From positions 133,570 through 197,569 of the forward strand of contig JAFLTO010000003.1 in the NCBI GenBank assembly GCA_022510425.1: a stretch of 64,000 bases of DNA, given 5' to 3'. The notes under the pieces were generated by a model. That model did not search any database and was not told where the DNA came from. It saw only the letters and a program-made list of their open reading frames with translations. Below are positions 26,546 to 36,023 of the stretch, one piece after another; position 1 is the first letter of the stretch; each line of letters begins with the position of its first letter. This stretch comes from Muribaculaceae bacterium (GTDB lineage Bacteria > Bacteroidota > Bacteroidia > Bacteroidales > Muribaculaceae). Both the position numbers and the translations under genes were made by a program.

Positions 26546-28525
26546 ATGAAAAAATATATATTATTTGGAATTGCTGCATTGGCGTTGACTTCCTGTAACG
26601 ATTTCCTCGATCAGGAACCTCAAGACTTCGGTAGCTCTGATTCTTACTATAGAACAGAACACGACCTGATGATTGCTGCTAATGCTTTTTATGAATATCT
26701 GCCTGCAAACGGTTCCGGTTCGGCTAATACCGGTCTTTATGCCGATGACGCGGCTTCCGACAATATGTGTAAGCCAAGTGCTGACATTACACTTTATTTT
26801 GGTAACAAACGTGTTCCCGATATTAACCCTACCCCCGGTACATTCACTAATACCAACTGGGATTTCGCTAATTTCAGAGGAATAAATTTCTTCCTCCAGA
26901 AAGTTGAAGAGAATAAGGATATTATAACAGGCTCACAATCTTCTATCGACCATTATATTGGTGAAGCTTATTTCTTCCGTGCTTGGGAACATTTCAGACT
27001 CCTTTGTAATTTCGGAGATGCTCCGATCCTTACAAAATATTTGTCGGATGATCCGGCTGAATTAGCTGAAGCAAGCAAAAGATATCCCAGAAATGAAGTG
27101 GCTCGTTTCATAATTCAAGATCTTGACCAAGCTATCGAGCTTATGTCGACCACTCCTCTTGAAAAAGGAAGATTGACTAAAGCAGCTGCTTATGCTCTTA
27201 AATCACGTGTGGCTCTTTATGAAGCTACATGGGAGAAATACCACGCTAATACTTGTTTCGTACCCGGTAACAGCAAATGGCTCGGTAAGGAAACTTGGCC
27301 TGATTTCGCTTGGAAGGCAGGTAGTGCAGAAGCTGAAATAAATTACTTCCTCGACCAAGCTATCGATGCTTCTGAAAAAGCAGTTGAAGGACGTGACCTC
27401 AACGGTGACTACCTTTCACTATTCAACAGCGTGGATGTTAGCAACATTCCGGAAGTTATCCTTGCCCGTTATTATATGGCCGGTATCAGTGCTCACAGTT
27501 GTTCTTACTACCTTAAAGGAGGTGGTGGTTTAGGTTTGACCCATCAGGCAGTGGCAACTTATCTGATGGCTAATGGTCTTCCTATTTATGCTTCCGGATC
27601 AGGTTATGGCGGTGATGACACTTCTTATGCTGAACTCAAAGACCGTGACCCAAGAATCGGAGGTAAAAGAACCGATGACGGCACTTATGTAAGAAATTAT
27701 GGCAACACCTTCGATGCGGATGCTTATAGAGGCTATGGTATTGTGAGAGCTGCCGGATATGTGAAGAGCGGTACTGACACTGTTTTCTATTATAAACCTC
27801 CAATTAATAAAACAGGTCAAGACAAATCTGTAACAGGTTATGAACTCAACAAATGGGTTAATCCAAGTCCTGATCAATTGCTACAGAACGGTGTGACAAC
27901 TGCAGTTCCTATTTTCCGTAGCGCTGAATGTATGCTCAACTATATCGAAGCTTACTACGAAAAGAACCATAATTTGGGTGGTAAATGCGATGAATATTGG
28001 AAAGCTATCCGTGCCCGTGCCGGTGTTGACACTGACTATCAAAAAACCATCTCCAGAACTGATATGGCTCAAGAAGCCGTGAATGACTTCGGTGCTTATT
28101 CAAGAGGTGCTTTAGTAGATGCTACTCTTTATAATATTAGACGTGAACGTCGTTGTGAACTTATGGCGGAAGGTCGCAGACAAGACGACCTGAAACGTTG
28201 GAGAGCTTTCGACACTATGAAAGAATGGCAGCCGGAAGGATTCAAACTATGGGCCGGTATGAATACTATGTACGATGACGAAGAACTTTCAAGCGGTATT
28301 TCTTCATCTTCCGAATCTGATTATCTACGTCCTCTCCAAGCTTACACCACATCTATGGTGTATAACGGTTATTCTTTCCCGAAACCTCACTATCTTGAAC
28401 CCATTCCTGTATCTGAGTTCTTGTTGACTATAGATCCTTCTACAGGCAAATCTACTCTTACTCAGAACCCCGGGTGGCCGACCGATAATGCAGGTCTCTG
28501 CGACCCCAATTACAATTGTGATTAA
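26546..28525 (+). CDS. susD: SusD/RagB-family nutrient-binding outer-membrane lipoprotein
   Basis: Lipobox ALTS|CNDFLDQEP, typical of SusD N-termini; RERRCELMAEGRRQDDLKRW motif; immediately downstream of susC. Confidence 0.93.
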   Translation: MKKYILFGIAALALTSCNDFLDQEPQDFGSSDSYYRTEHDLMIAANAFYEYLPANGSGSANTGLYADDAASDNMCKPSADITLYFGNKRVPDINPTPGTFTNTNWDFANFRGINFFLQKVEENKDIITGSQSSIDHYIGEAYFFRAWEHFRLLCNFGDAPILTKYLSDDPAELAEASKRYPRNEVARFIIQDLDQAIELMSTTPLEKGRLTKAAAYALKSRVALYEATWEKYHANTCFVPGNSKWLGKETWPDFAWKAGSAEAEINYFLDQAIDASEKAVEGRDLNGDYLSLFNSVDVSNIPEVILARYYMAGISAHSCSYYLKGGGGLGLTHQAVATYLMANGLPIYASGSGYGGDDTSYAELKDRDPRIGGKRTDDGTYVRNYGNTFDADAYRGYGIVRAAGYVKSGTDTVFYYKPPINKTGQDKSVTGYELNKWVNPSPDQLLQNGVTTAVPIFRSAECMLNYIEAYYEKNHNLGGKCDEYWKAIRARAGVDTDYQKTISRTDMAQEAVNDFGAYSRGALVDATLYNIRRERRCELMAEGRRQDDLKRWRAFDTMKEWQPEGFKLWAGMNTMYDDEELSSGISSSSESDYLRPLQAYTTSMVYNGYSFPKPHYLEPIPVSEFLLTIDPSTGKSTLTQNPGWPTDNAGLCDPNYNCD

Positions 28526-28534
28526 TAACTAAAT

Positions 28535-28578
28535 AAATTAAGGGTGTGTCTCTTTAATTTGTGACACACCCTTAATTT
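28535..28578 (+). terminator. Strong hairpin after susD (16-bp perfect stem AAATTAAGGGTGTGTC / GACACACCCTTAATTT, 12-nt loop)
   Basis: Inverted repeat at 28535-28550 and 28563-28578, 10 nt after the susD stop, followed by TTAAAAT. Confidence 0.65.
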
Positions 28579-28590
28579 TAAAATAACCAT

Positions 28591-28623
28591 TAACCGGAGA
28601 AAATAGTGATGTTACTCCGGTTA
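28591..28623 (+). promoter_or_regulatory. Second hairpin in the susD-sulfatase spacer (9-bp stem TAACCGGAG / CTCCGGTTA, 15-nt loop)
   Basis: Inverted repeat at 28591-28599 and 28615-28623, 27 nt upstream of the sulfatase ATG. Function unknown. Confidence 0.35.
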
Positions 28624-28649
28624 CCAAGAAAAAACAAATTAACCTGAAC

Positions 28650-30224
28650 ATGAATAATTCTAACCAAATTCTTATCCCTTCCTTGGCTTTGTTGTCAGTT
28701 GGTGTAGCAACGTCTTGTAAAGGTAAAGAAGAAAAAAAGGCTGAAAACGAGCCTCTAAATATAGTGTATATCATGACCGATGATCATACGGCACAGATGA
28801 TGAGCTGTTATGACACACGTTATGCAGAAACACCAAATCTTGATAGAATTGCCAATGACGGTGTAAAATTCGTTAACAGTTATGTGGCTAATTCTTTAAG
28901 CGGTCCGAGCCGTGCTTGTATGCTCACCGGTAAACACAGTCATAAAAACGGTTTCACAGACAACACAACCTGTGTGTTCGATGGAAGCCAACCCACTTTC
29001 CCTAAATATCTCCAGAAAGCGGGATATCAGACCGCTCTTTTCGGAAAATGGCACCTCGAATCTCTGCCGCAAGGTTTCGACCGTTGGGAAATTGTTCCAG
29101 GTCAAGGGGATTATTATAATCCGGACTTTATCGTGGAAACAGGTGATACTATCGTAAACCATGGGTATCTTACTAACCTTATCACAGACAAGAGTCTTAA
29201 TTGGCTCGAAAATGAGAGGGATAAAGATAAACCTTTCTGTCTGTTGATACATCATAAAGCAATTCACAGAAACTGGATGGCTGACACATGTCACCTCGCT
29301 CTATATGAGGATAAGGTTTATCCAATGCCTGAAAATTTCTATGATAATTATGAGGGGAGAGAGGCAGCCAAAACTGCGGAAATGAGAATTGCAGATCATA
29401 TGGATGTGCTTTATGACCTAAAAATGAACCGTCCGGATAAATACAGTGACCTTAAGGCACGGTATGAAAGTTATTATAACCGAATGGATTCTGCTCAGAA
29501 AGCCAAATGGGATGCTTTTTATAATCCGATCATAGAGGATTTCTATGCTCAAAATTTGGAAGGGAAAGAACTTGCCGAATGGAAGTTCCAAAGATATATC
29601 AAGGACTATCTAAAAACTGTCAAAAGTCTTGATGAAAATGTAGGAAGGGTTCTCGATTATCTGGAAGAACATGATCTTTTGAAAAACACTCTTGTGGTTT
29701 ACACTTCCGACCAAGGTTTCTATATGGGGGAACATGGATGGTTTGACAAACGCTTTATGTATGAAGAGTCGCTCAACACTCCGCTGATTATGCGCCTTCC
29801 CGACGGATTTGAACGCAGAGGTGAAATAACAGAAATGGTTCAGAATATAGACTATGCTCCCACATTCCTGGAATTAGCCGGTTTGGAAGTACCCGAGGAT
29901 ATTCAGGGTGAATCATTTCTGCCGTTGTTGAAGGGAGAAAAACCGGAAAACTGGAGAGATGCAATTTATTATCATTTCTATGAATATCCGGCTGAACATG
30001 CCGTGAAGAGACATTATGGTGTGAGAGACGACAGATATAAACTCATGCATTTCTATAATGATATAGATGCCTGGGAACTATATGATCTACAGGAAGATCC
30101 TCATGAAATGAATAATATATATGGGAAACCCGGAACTGAGGAAATCACATCAAGAATGATGAAGAAACTCAAGGAACAACAAGAAAAATATGATGACCCA
30201 ATCCGTTTCCAATATCCTATATAA
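28650..30224 (+). CDS. S1-family sulfatase lipoprotein, Ser-type (possibly GlcNAc-6-O-sulfatase-like)
   Basis: Lipobox VATS|CKGKEEKK. LNIVYIMTDDH metal-binding motif. The signature reads S-G-P-S-R-ACM-LTG (28899-28913), with Ser at the formylglycine position. The subfamily guess is weak. Confidence 0.88.
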   Translation: MNNSNQILIPSLALLSVGVATSCKGKEEKKAENEPLNIVYIMTDDHTAQMMSCYDTRYAETPNLDRIANDGVKFVNSYVANSLSGPSRACMLTGKHSHKNGFTDNTTCVFDGSQPTFPKYLQKAGYQTALFGKWHLESLPQGFDRWEIVPGQGDYYNPDFIVETGDTIVNHGYLTNLITDKSLNWLENERDKDKPFCLLIHHKAIHRNWMADTCHLALYEDKVYPMPENFYDNYEGREAAKTAEMRIADHMDVLYDLKMNRPDKYSDLKARYESYYNRMDSAQKAKWDAFYNPIIEDFYAQNLEGKELAEWKFQRYIKDYLKTVKSLDENVGRVLDYLEEHDLLKNTLVVYTSDQGFYMGEHGWFDKRFMYEESLNTPLIMRLPDGFERRGEITEMVQNIDYAPTFLELAGLEVPEDIQGESFLPLLKGEKPENWRDAIYYHFYEYPAEHAVKRHYGVRDDRYKLMHFYNDIDAWELYDLQEDPHEMNNIYGKPGTEEITSRMMKKLKEQQEKYDDPIRFQYPI

Positions 30225-30303
30225 TGAATAGGAGTGATTGAATACAAGAAATAAGGGAAATACGTCAAAAAACTCTTACTACACCTAAACACCAATAATC
30301 TTA

Positions 30304-32574
30304 ATGAAGAAAATAATCGCTGTAATATCTGTAATTGCCTTATATTGTGGAATTCTCCCTGCTGCAAAACAGCCTGTGATACCTCAACCGGCTCAGTACG
30401 AAATTTCTGATGGAGTGTTCAATGTGCCGAAACACTGGAATGTTAAATCTACACTCGATAATAAAACATCAGAGAAACTTCTCAAGGTACTTAAACATAA
30501 TTTTTCTTTGGAGAATGCAAAATCCAAAGAAGTAATAGATCTATATCTCAAGGAAGATAAAACAATAGCTCCGGAGGATTATATTCTTAAAGTAGAACCG
30601 TCGGCAGTCACTATTGAAGCCGGGACCGAAAAGGGATTCTATTATGGATTGCAGTCTCTTTATCAATTATGTTACCTGAACGGTGATGAGAATGCTATTC
30701 CTTGTTGCACTATCACAGATTCTCCCCGTTTTGCTTATCGTTCTTTGATGCTCGATCCGGTTAGATATTTCATTCCTAAGGAAGAGGTTCTTAAACTTAT
30801 CGACTTAGCTTCAGCTTTGAAATTTAACAACCTCCATCTCCATCTCACAGACGACAATGGCTGGAGAATGGAGATAAAGAAGTATCCGAAACTTACGGAA
30901 GTGGGTGCATGGAGAGTTGATCGGCCCGAAGTTTTCCCCGGAAGAGAAAATGCCAGGAGTGCAGATGAACCTACCCCTATAGGAGGATATTACACTCAAG
31001 ATGAATTGAAAGAAATAGTGAAATATGCAGCCGACAGGTATATAAATGTGGTGCCGGAAATTGAAATGCCGGCGCATGCTGCAGCAGCAATAGCATCTTA
31101 TCCTGAATTGGCATGCCCCATTGTGGATAAATTCGTTGGGGTTTTCCCCGGTATCGGGGGTGAGGATGCTTCTATAATTATGTGTGGAGGCAATGACAAA
31201 GTCTACGATTTTTATTGCGATGTGCTTGATGAGGTGATGGATGTGTTCCCTTCTAATTATATTCATTTGGGAGGAGACGAAGCCGACAAGAGCATTTGGA
31301 AAAATTGTCCTTTGTGCAATGAAAAAATAACAGTTGAAAATCTTGATGGCTACGAAGGCCTTCAAGCCTATTTCATGGATAGGATAAACAGTTATGTCCG
31401 TTCTAAAGGTCGTACAGCTATGGGCTGGGACGAAGTTACCTACGGTGATCCTAAAGAAGAAATGGTGATCCTGGGTTGGCAAGGTGACGGAGGGGTAGCG
31501 GTGAGAGACTCCAAGAAGAGCGGAAGAAAATTTATCCTCACACCGGCTAAACTTCTTTATCTGTTAAGATATCAGGGGCCCCAATGGTTTGAACCTTACA
31601 CTTATTTCGGCAACAACACGTTGCAAGATGTTTATGAATACGAACCGATTAAAGAAGATTGGACTCCTGAACTTAGAGACAATTTGTTAGGGGTACAAGG
31701 TTCTTTGTGGACAGAATTCTGTAAGAATCCGGGTGATGTGGAATATCTGCTCTTCCCACGCCTTATTGCCGTTTCGGATCTTTCTTGGAGACCTGAAGGG
31801 TCAGCTGATTGGCCCGAATTCCTCATAGCCCTCGATAATTATCTTCCGGAACTGGAAGAGAGGGGAATTATACATTCTAACTCTATGTATAATATACAAC
31901 ACACAGTTAAACCTTCCGGAAATGGGGTAGTGGTTGACCTTGAATGTATACGACCTGATGTGGATATAATTTATACACTCCGTGGCGAGGAAAAAAATCC
32001 AAAAAAATACACAGGACCTATTTCTTTAGGTAATTCTAATTCTTTAGTTGCAGCCACTTATAAGGATGGCAAACAAATGGGACAACCTTTGGCTCTAAAT
32101 ATGGAGTTTAATAAAGCCACAGGAAAAAAGGTAACCTCTTCAAATTGCAACAATACTCTCGAAGGAGTTCTCACAAACGGTGTGCGTGGTAGCCAAAAGA
32201 TTTCTGATTTCGAATGGGCCGGTTGGCATGACAGGGATGCGGAATTTGTAGTGGACCTTGGGGAAATTCAACCCATTAATAATTGTAAATTAGGTTCCTT
32301 GGTAGCTTCTCAAATTTGTGTTGCTCTCCCAAGCAGTGTGGAACTTTATGGGTCGGAAGATGGTGAATCATTCTATCCTCTTTCCACAGTGGACACTCCG
32401 GAAGAAATTATATATACAAAGCTTCCGACCAATCATGAAATAGATTTTGGAAATCTTGACACTAATGCGAGATATTTGAAGGTGATTGCTAAGAATCCGG
32501 GTAATATACCCTCAGGCTATGCACGGGGAGGAGCTAAATCCTGGCTCTATTTCGATGAACTCACCCTTGAATAA
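30304..32574 (+). CDS. GH20 beta-N-acetylhexosaminidase with a C-terminal F5/8-type-C (discoidin)-like domain
   Basis: NNLHLHLTDDNGWRMEIKKYP and the catalytic HLGGDE pair (D-E at 31276-31281). The C-terminal ~150 aa (..VTSSNCNN..FEWAGWHD..VVDLGE..VELYGSEDG..) looks discoidin-like. Confidence 0.9.
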   Translation: MKKIIAVISVIALYCGILPAAKQPVIPQPAQYEISDGVFNVPKHWNVKSTLDNKTSEKLLKVLKHNFSLENAKSKEVIDLYLKEDKTIAPEDYILKVEPSAVTIEAGTEKGFYYGLQSLYQLCYLNGDENAIPCCTITDSPRFAYRSLMLDPVRYFIPKEEVLKLIDLASALKFNNLHLHLTDDNGWRMEIKKYPKLTEVGAWRVDRPEVFPGRENARSADEPTPIGGYYTQDELKEIVKYAADRYINVVPEIEMPAHAAAAIASYPELACPIVDKFVGVFPGIGGEDASIIMCGGNDKVYDFYCDVLDEVMDVFPSNYIHLGGDEADKSIWKNCPLCNEKITVENLDGYEGLQAYFMDRINSYVRSKGRTAMGWDEVTYGDPKEEMVILGWQGDGGVAVRDSKKSGRKFILTPAKLLYLLRYQGPQWFEPYTYFGNNTLQDVYEYEPIKEDWTPELRDNLLGVQGSLWTEFCKNPGDVEYLLFPRLIAVSDLSWRPEGSADWPEFLIALDNYLPELEERGIIHSNSMYNIQHTVKPSGNGVVVDLECIRPDVDIIYTLRGEEKNPKKYTGPISLGNSNSLVAATYKDGKQMGQPLALNMEFNKATGKKVTSSNCNNTLEGVLTNGVRGSQKISDFEWAGWHDRDAEFVVDLGEIQPINNCKLGSLVASQICVALPSSVELYGSEDGESFYPLSTVDTPEEIIYTKLPTNHEIDFGNLDTNARYLKVIAKNPGNIPSGYARGGAKSWLYFDELTLE

Positions 32575-32576
32575 AG

Positions 32577-32618
32577 TTGAAAGATAAAATTAAAATTGAA
32601 AGATAATAGGAAAGATAA
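32577..32618 (+). repeat. Three direct copies of GAAAGATAA (TTGAAAGATAA x2, GGAAAGATAA x1) filling the GH20-GH2 spacer
   Basis: Copies at 32577-32587, 32596-32606 and 32609-32618. The last A of the third copy is the A of the GH2 ATG (32618). Confidence 0.8.
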
Positions 32619-35032
32619 TGATAAATAAAACAAGTAAGATATTATTGTTGGGACTTGCTTCCGTATTTTCCATAGGAGGTTTATTTGCTAAGTCTACTGC
32701 TCGGCAGAGTTTGAACGAAGGATGGGTATTCGAAAAGGATGGCAAAAGCCGTGTACTCAACCTTCCTCATGATTGGGGTGTGGAATATCCTTTCGAACAG
32801 ATTTATCCGGGAGAAACAGGCAAGCTTCCTTGGTGGGGAAAGGCTAAATATAGCAAAGTCCTGACAGTGGATGCGACTGAACAAGCCGATAGCCTAAGAT
32901 TTTTATTGGATGTTGACGGGGCTATGTCGGGTGCAAAAGTTTATGTAAATGATGATTTCGTGATGGAATGGCCTTATGGATATGCTTCTTTCCGTGCAGA
33001 CTTAACTCCTTATCTAAATGTTGGTGATAACAACTTGGTTATCACCCTTGACAATCCCGAAAATTCTTCACGTTGGTATCCCGGTGGTGGTATCTACAGA
33101 AACGTTTGGCTTACTAAAGAACTACCGGTTTCTGTTGGTCAGTGGGGTACATATATAACAAGCGATTATAAAGGTAATGGTGATGCTGAGGTAAACTTGG
33201 AAATAACTCTCGACAATAAGTCAAAGCCTTATGCCGGTGAAGTTATTACTGAAATTTTTGATAATGGAAAGATAATTGATAAGGCCACAACAGCAGAGTA
33301 TATTCAAGACGGCACTATTATAAACCAAAAGTTTAACTTGAAGAATGTTGAACTATGGAGCCCGGAAAGTCCAAAGATGTATTTGGCTAAAACTACAGTT
33401 GTGAATCCTGATGGTAAAGTTTCCGTGTATGAAACTCCCTTCGGAATCCGAACAATTGAATTCAAGCCTGATGGTTTCTATCTAAATGGAGAGAAAAATT
33501 TTCTTAAGGGAGTTTGTCTTCATCATGATGCCGGTGCTTTAGGTGCAGTCTGGAATAACGATGCTTGGGTGAGAAGACTCAACCTTCTGAAAGAAATGGG
33601 TTGCAACGCTATTAGAACTTCCCATAATCCTCCGGCACCTGAATTCTTAGAACTTTGTGACAGTCTTGGGTTCATGGTGGAAGATGAATTCACCGACAGT
33701 TGGACTTTGCCCTTGAATAAGAAACCTAACGGGTATGTGAGCCTTTTTGAAGATTGGTCTGAAAAAGATGTAAAGGCAATGATTATAAGAGACCGAAATC
33801 ATCCTTCCGTTGTGCTTTGGAGTATCGGAAATGAATGTGAGGAACAATTGGATCCGACCACTTGGTGGGTACCATTACAACTTTATGATATAACTAAACA
33901 AACCGACCCAACTCGTCCGGTTACATCCGGGAACAATAAGCTTCCGGCATATAAGACAGCCTATCACTTGGTTAACGATGTGTATGGCTTCAATTACAAA
34001 CCTTTCGCTTATGAAGATTTCCACAAAAGATATCCTAATCAGCCTGTAATAGGAGCAGAGACAGCATCGTGCGTTTCAACTCGCGGATATTACAAGTTCC
34101 CTGTTGAGGAAGACAAAGGTAAAGGATGGGTAGATGGAGCTCCCTATCAAGTGAGTTCTTATGATCTGTATGCTCCGGGTTGGGCATCCAAACCGGATTA
34201 TGAATGGGAATTCGAAGACAAGGCTCCATATCTTTGCGGAGAATTCGTTTGGACAGGTATCGATTATCTTGGAGAACCCACTCCATATAATGTAGACTGG
34301 TCAATTCTTACCAATTTTACAAGTCCGGAAGAGAAAGCTAAAGCGGAAGAAGCCCTCAGGCAACAGGCTCAGACTCCTCCTCCCGCACGCAGTTCATATT
34401 TTGGTATAATTGACTTAGCCGGTTTCCCAAAAGACAGATACTACCTTTATCAATCTCGTTGGAATCCCGAGAAACCCATGGCACATATTCTTCCTCATTG
34501 GAACTGGGAAGGGAGAGAAGGCGACATTACACCCATTCATGTTTACACTTCCGGCGACAGTGCTGAATTATTTGTAAATGGTGAATCCAAAGGTCTAAAG
34601 AAAAAGGGAGAATATGAATATCGTCTTCGTTGGGACGATGTTGTTTACGAACCGGGAATAGTAGAAGTAGTAGCATATAAGGATGGTAAAGAGTGGGCTC
34701 GAGATAAGGTAGAAACCACTGGAAAAGCCGAAAAACTTGTGCTAAGCAAAGATTATGAAGGTAAAGACCTTACATATGTCAGAGTAGAAGTGGCTGACAA
34801 ACAAGGCCAAATGGTTCCTACAGCCAATAACGACCTTAAATTCAGTATTTCAGGTCCCGGTAAGATTGTAGCGTGTGACGGTGGTGATCCTACCAGCCAT
34901 ATACCTTTTTATTCTACCGAATTACCGGCCTTCAATGGACTTTCTTCTGTTATCGTGGAACGAACCGGTCCAGGTAAAATAACTCTCAAAGCAACTTCTA
35001 AAGGACTCAAATCAGGCGAAATTAAGATTTAA
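32618..35032 (+). CDS. GH2 beta-galactosidase-type glycoside hydrolase
   Basis: NHPSVVLWSIGNE (acid/base Glu codon at 33833-35) and GEFVWTGIDYLGE (nucleophile region); 804 aa with signal peptide. Confidence 0.88.
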   Translation: MINKTSKILLLGLASVFSIGGLFAKSTARQSLNEGWVFEKDGKSRVLNLPHDWGVEYPFEQIYPGETGKLPWWGKAKYSKVLTVDATEQADSLRFLLDVDGAMSGAKVYVNDDFVMEWPYGYASFRADLTPYLNVGDNNLVITLDNPENSSRWYPGGGIYRNVWLTKELPVSVGQWGTYITSDYKGNGDAEVNLEITLDNKSKPYAGEVITEIFDNGKIIDKATTAEYIQDGTIINQKFNLKNVELWSPESPKMYLAKTTVVNPDGKVSVYETPFGIRTIEFKPDGFYLNGEKNFLKGVCLHHDAGALGAVWNNDAWVRRLNLLKEMGCNAIRTSHNPPAPEFLELCDSLGFMVEDEFTDSWTLPLNKKPNGYVSLFEDWSEKDVKAMIIRDRNHPSVVLWSIGNECEEQLDPTTWWVPLQLYDITKQTDPTRPVTSGNNKLPAYKTAYHLVNDVYGFNYKPFAYEDFHKRYPNQPVIGAETASCVSTRGYYKFPVEEDKGKGWVDGAPYQVSSYDLYAPGWASKPDYEWEFEDKAPYLCGEFVWTGIDYLGEPTPYNVDWSILTNFTSPEEKAKAEEALRQQAQTPPPARSSYFGIIDLAGFPKDRYYLYQSRWNPEKPMAHILPHWNWEGREGDITPIHVYTSGDSAELFVNGESKGLKKKGEYEYRLRWDDVVYEPGIVEVVAYKDGKEWARDKVETTGKAEKLVLSKDYEGKDLTYVRVEVADKQGQMVPTANNDLKFSISGPGKIVACDGGDPTSHIPFYSTELPAFNGLSSVIVERTGPGKITLKATSKGLKSGEIKI

Positions 35033-35034
35033 AG

Positions 35035-36006
35035 ATGATGAACAGCAAACCATATTCTATAGGTATTGATATAGGCGGAACAAACACTGTTTTCGGTATT
35101 GTTGACCGCAACGGAAAAGTAATTGCTAAAAACTCAATCAAGACAAAGGGCTATCCCGACTTTAAGAGTTACCTTGATGTGCTCCATGAGGCCTTGACGA
35201 AACTAATCAAAGAACATGATGCAGAAGGTAAGATTGTGGGTATAGGCATTGGAGCCCCCGGTGCCAATTATCATACCGGTGAAATAGTAAACGCGGCGAA
35301 TCTTAATTGGGGAGAAAACCTTCCAATAGCTTGGCTGGTGAGTGAAAAATTCGGAGGTCTGCCAGTCACTGTCACCAATGATGCCAATGCAGCTACTATG
35401 GGAGAGATGGTCTATGGTGCCGCAAAAGGAATGAAAGATTTCATGATGATCACCTTAGGGACAGGTTTAGGTTCCGGTGTTGTTTCGAATGGAAAACTTG
35501 TTTACGGACATGATGGACTTGCCGGAGAATTAGGTCATGTGGTGGTAGATAAGAAAGGGAGAAGTTGCGGATGTGGCAGAAAGGGATGCCTGGAAACCTA
35601 TTGCAGCAGCACGGGAATGGTTCGTACAGCTAAGGAATTGCTTGAAAGCAGTAATGAGCCAAGTGTCTTAAGAAATATCGACCCTGAAAAAATCACTTCG
35701 AAAGATGTTTATGATGCAGCAGTGAAGGGCGATAAATTAGCTAATGAAATTTTTGAGTTTACCGGTAAGATGTTGGGAGAAGCCTTAGCCGATTTCACCG
35801 CATTCTCAAGTCCGGAGGCCTTCATTCTTTTCGGAGGCCTTATGAAGAGCGGGGATCTGTTGTTGAATCCTACAAAGAAGGCTTTTGAAAATCATTTACT
35901 CTTCATCTACCATGATAAACCAAAAATTTTGGTATCCCAATTAAATGAAGACGACGGAGCTGTGTTAGGGGCTTCTGCACTGGCTTGGGAATCGGAAAAT
36001 AATTAA
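35035..36006 (+). CDS. ROK-family sugar kinase (glucokinase / N-acetylglucosamine kinase type)
   Basis: GIDIGGTNTVFGIV ATP-binding motif, the ROK zinc motif GHVVVD..CGCGRKGCLETY, and a 2-nt gap after the GH2 stop. Confidence 0.88.
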   Translation: MMNSKPYSIGIDIGGTNTVFGIVDRNGKVIAKNSIKTKGYPDFKSYLDVLHEALTKLIKEHDAEGKIVGIGIGAPGANYHTGEIVNAANLNWGENLPIAWLVSEKFGGLPVTVTNDANAATMGEMVYGAAKGMKDFMMITLGTGLGSGVVSNGKLVYGHDGLAGELGHVVVDKKGRSCGCGRKGCLETYCSSTGMVRTAKELLESSNEPSVLRNIDPEKITSKDVYDAAVKGDKLANEIFEFTGKMLGEALADFTAFSSPEAFILFGGLMKSGDLLLNPTKKAFENHLLFIYHDKPKILVSQLNEDDGAVLGASALAWESENN

Positions 36007-36023
36007 ACCCGAAATAATTTAGC

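Noticed and set aside
28538-28774. 78-aa minus-strand ORF spanning the susD-sulfatase spacer
   Set aside because: It is built from the two hairpins and the antisense of the sulfatase signal peptide, so it is most simply explained as a by-product of the palindromic sequence.
30811-31482. 223-aa antisense ORF inside the GH20 gene
   Set aside because: It overlaps the GH20 catalytic region (HLGGDE). The antisense translation is Ile/Phe/His-rich with no motifs.
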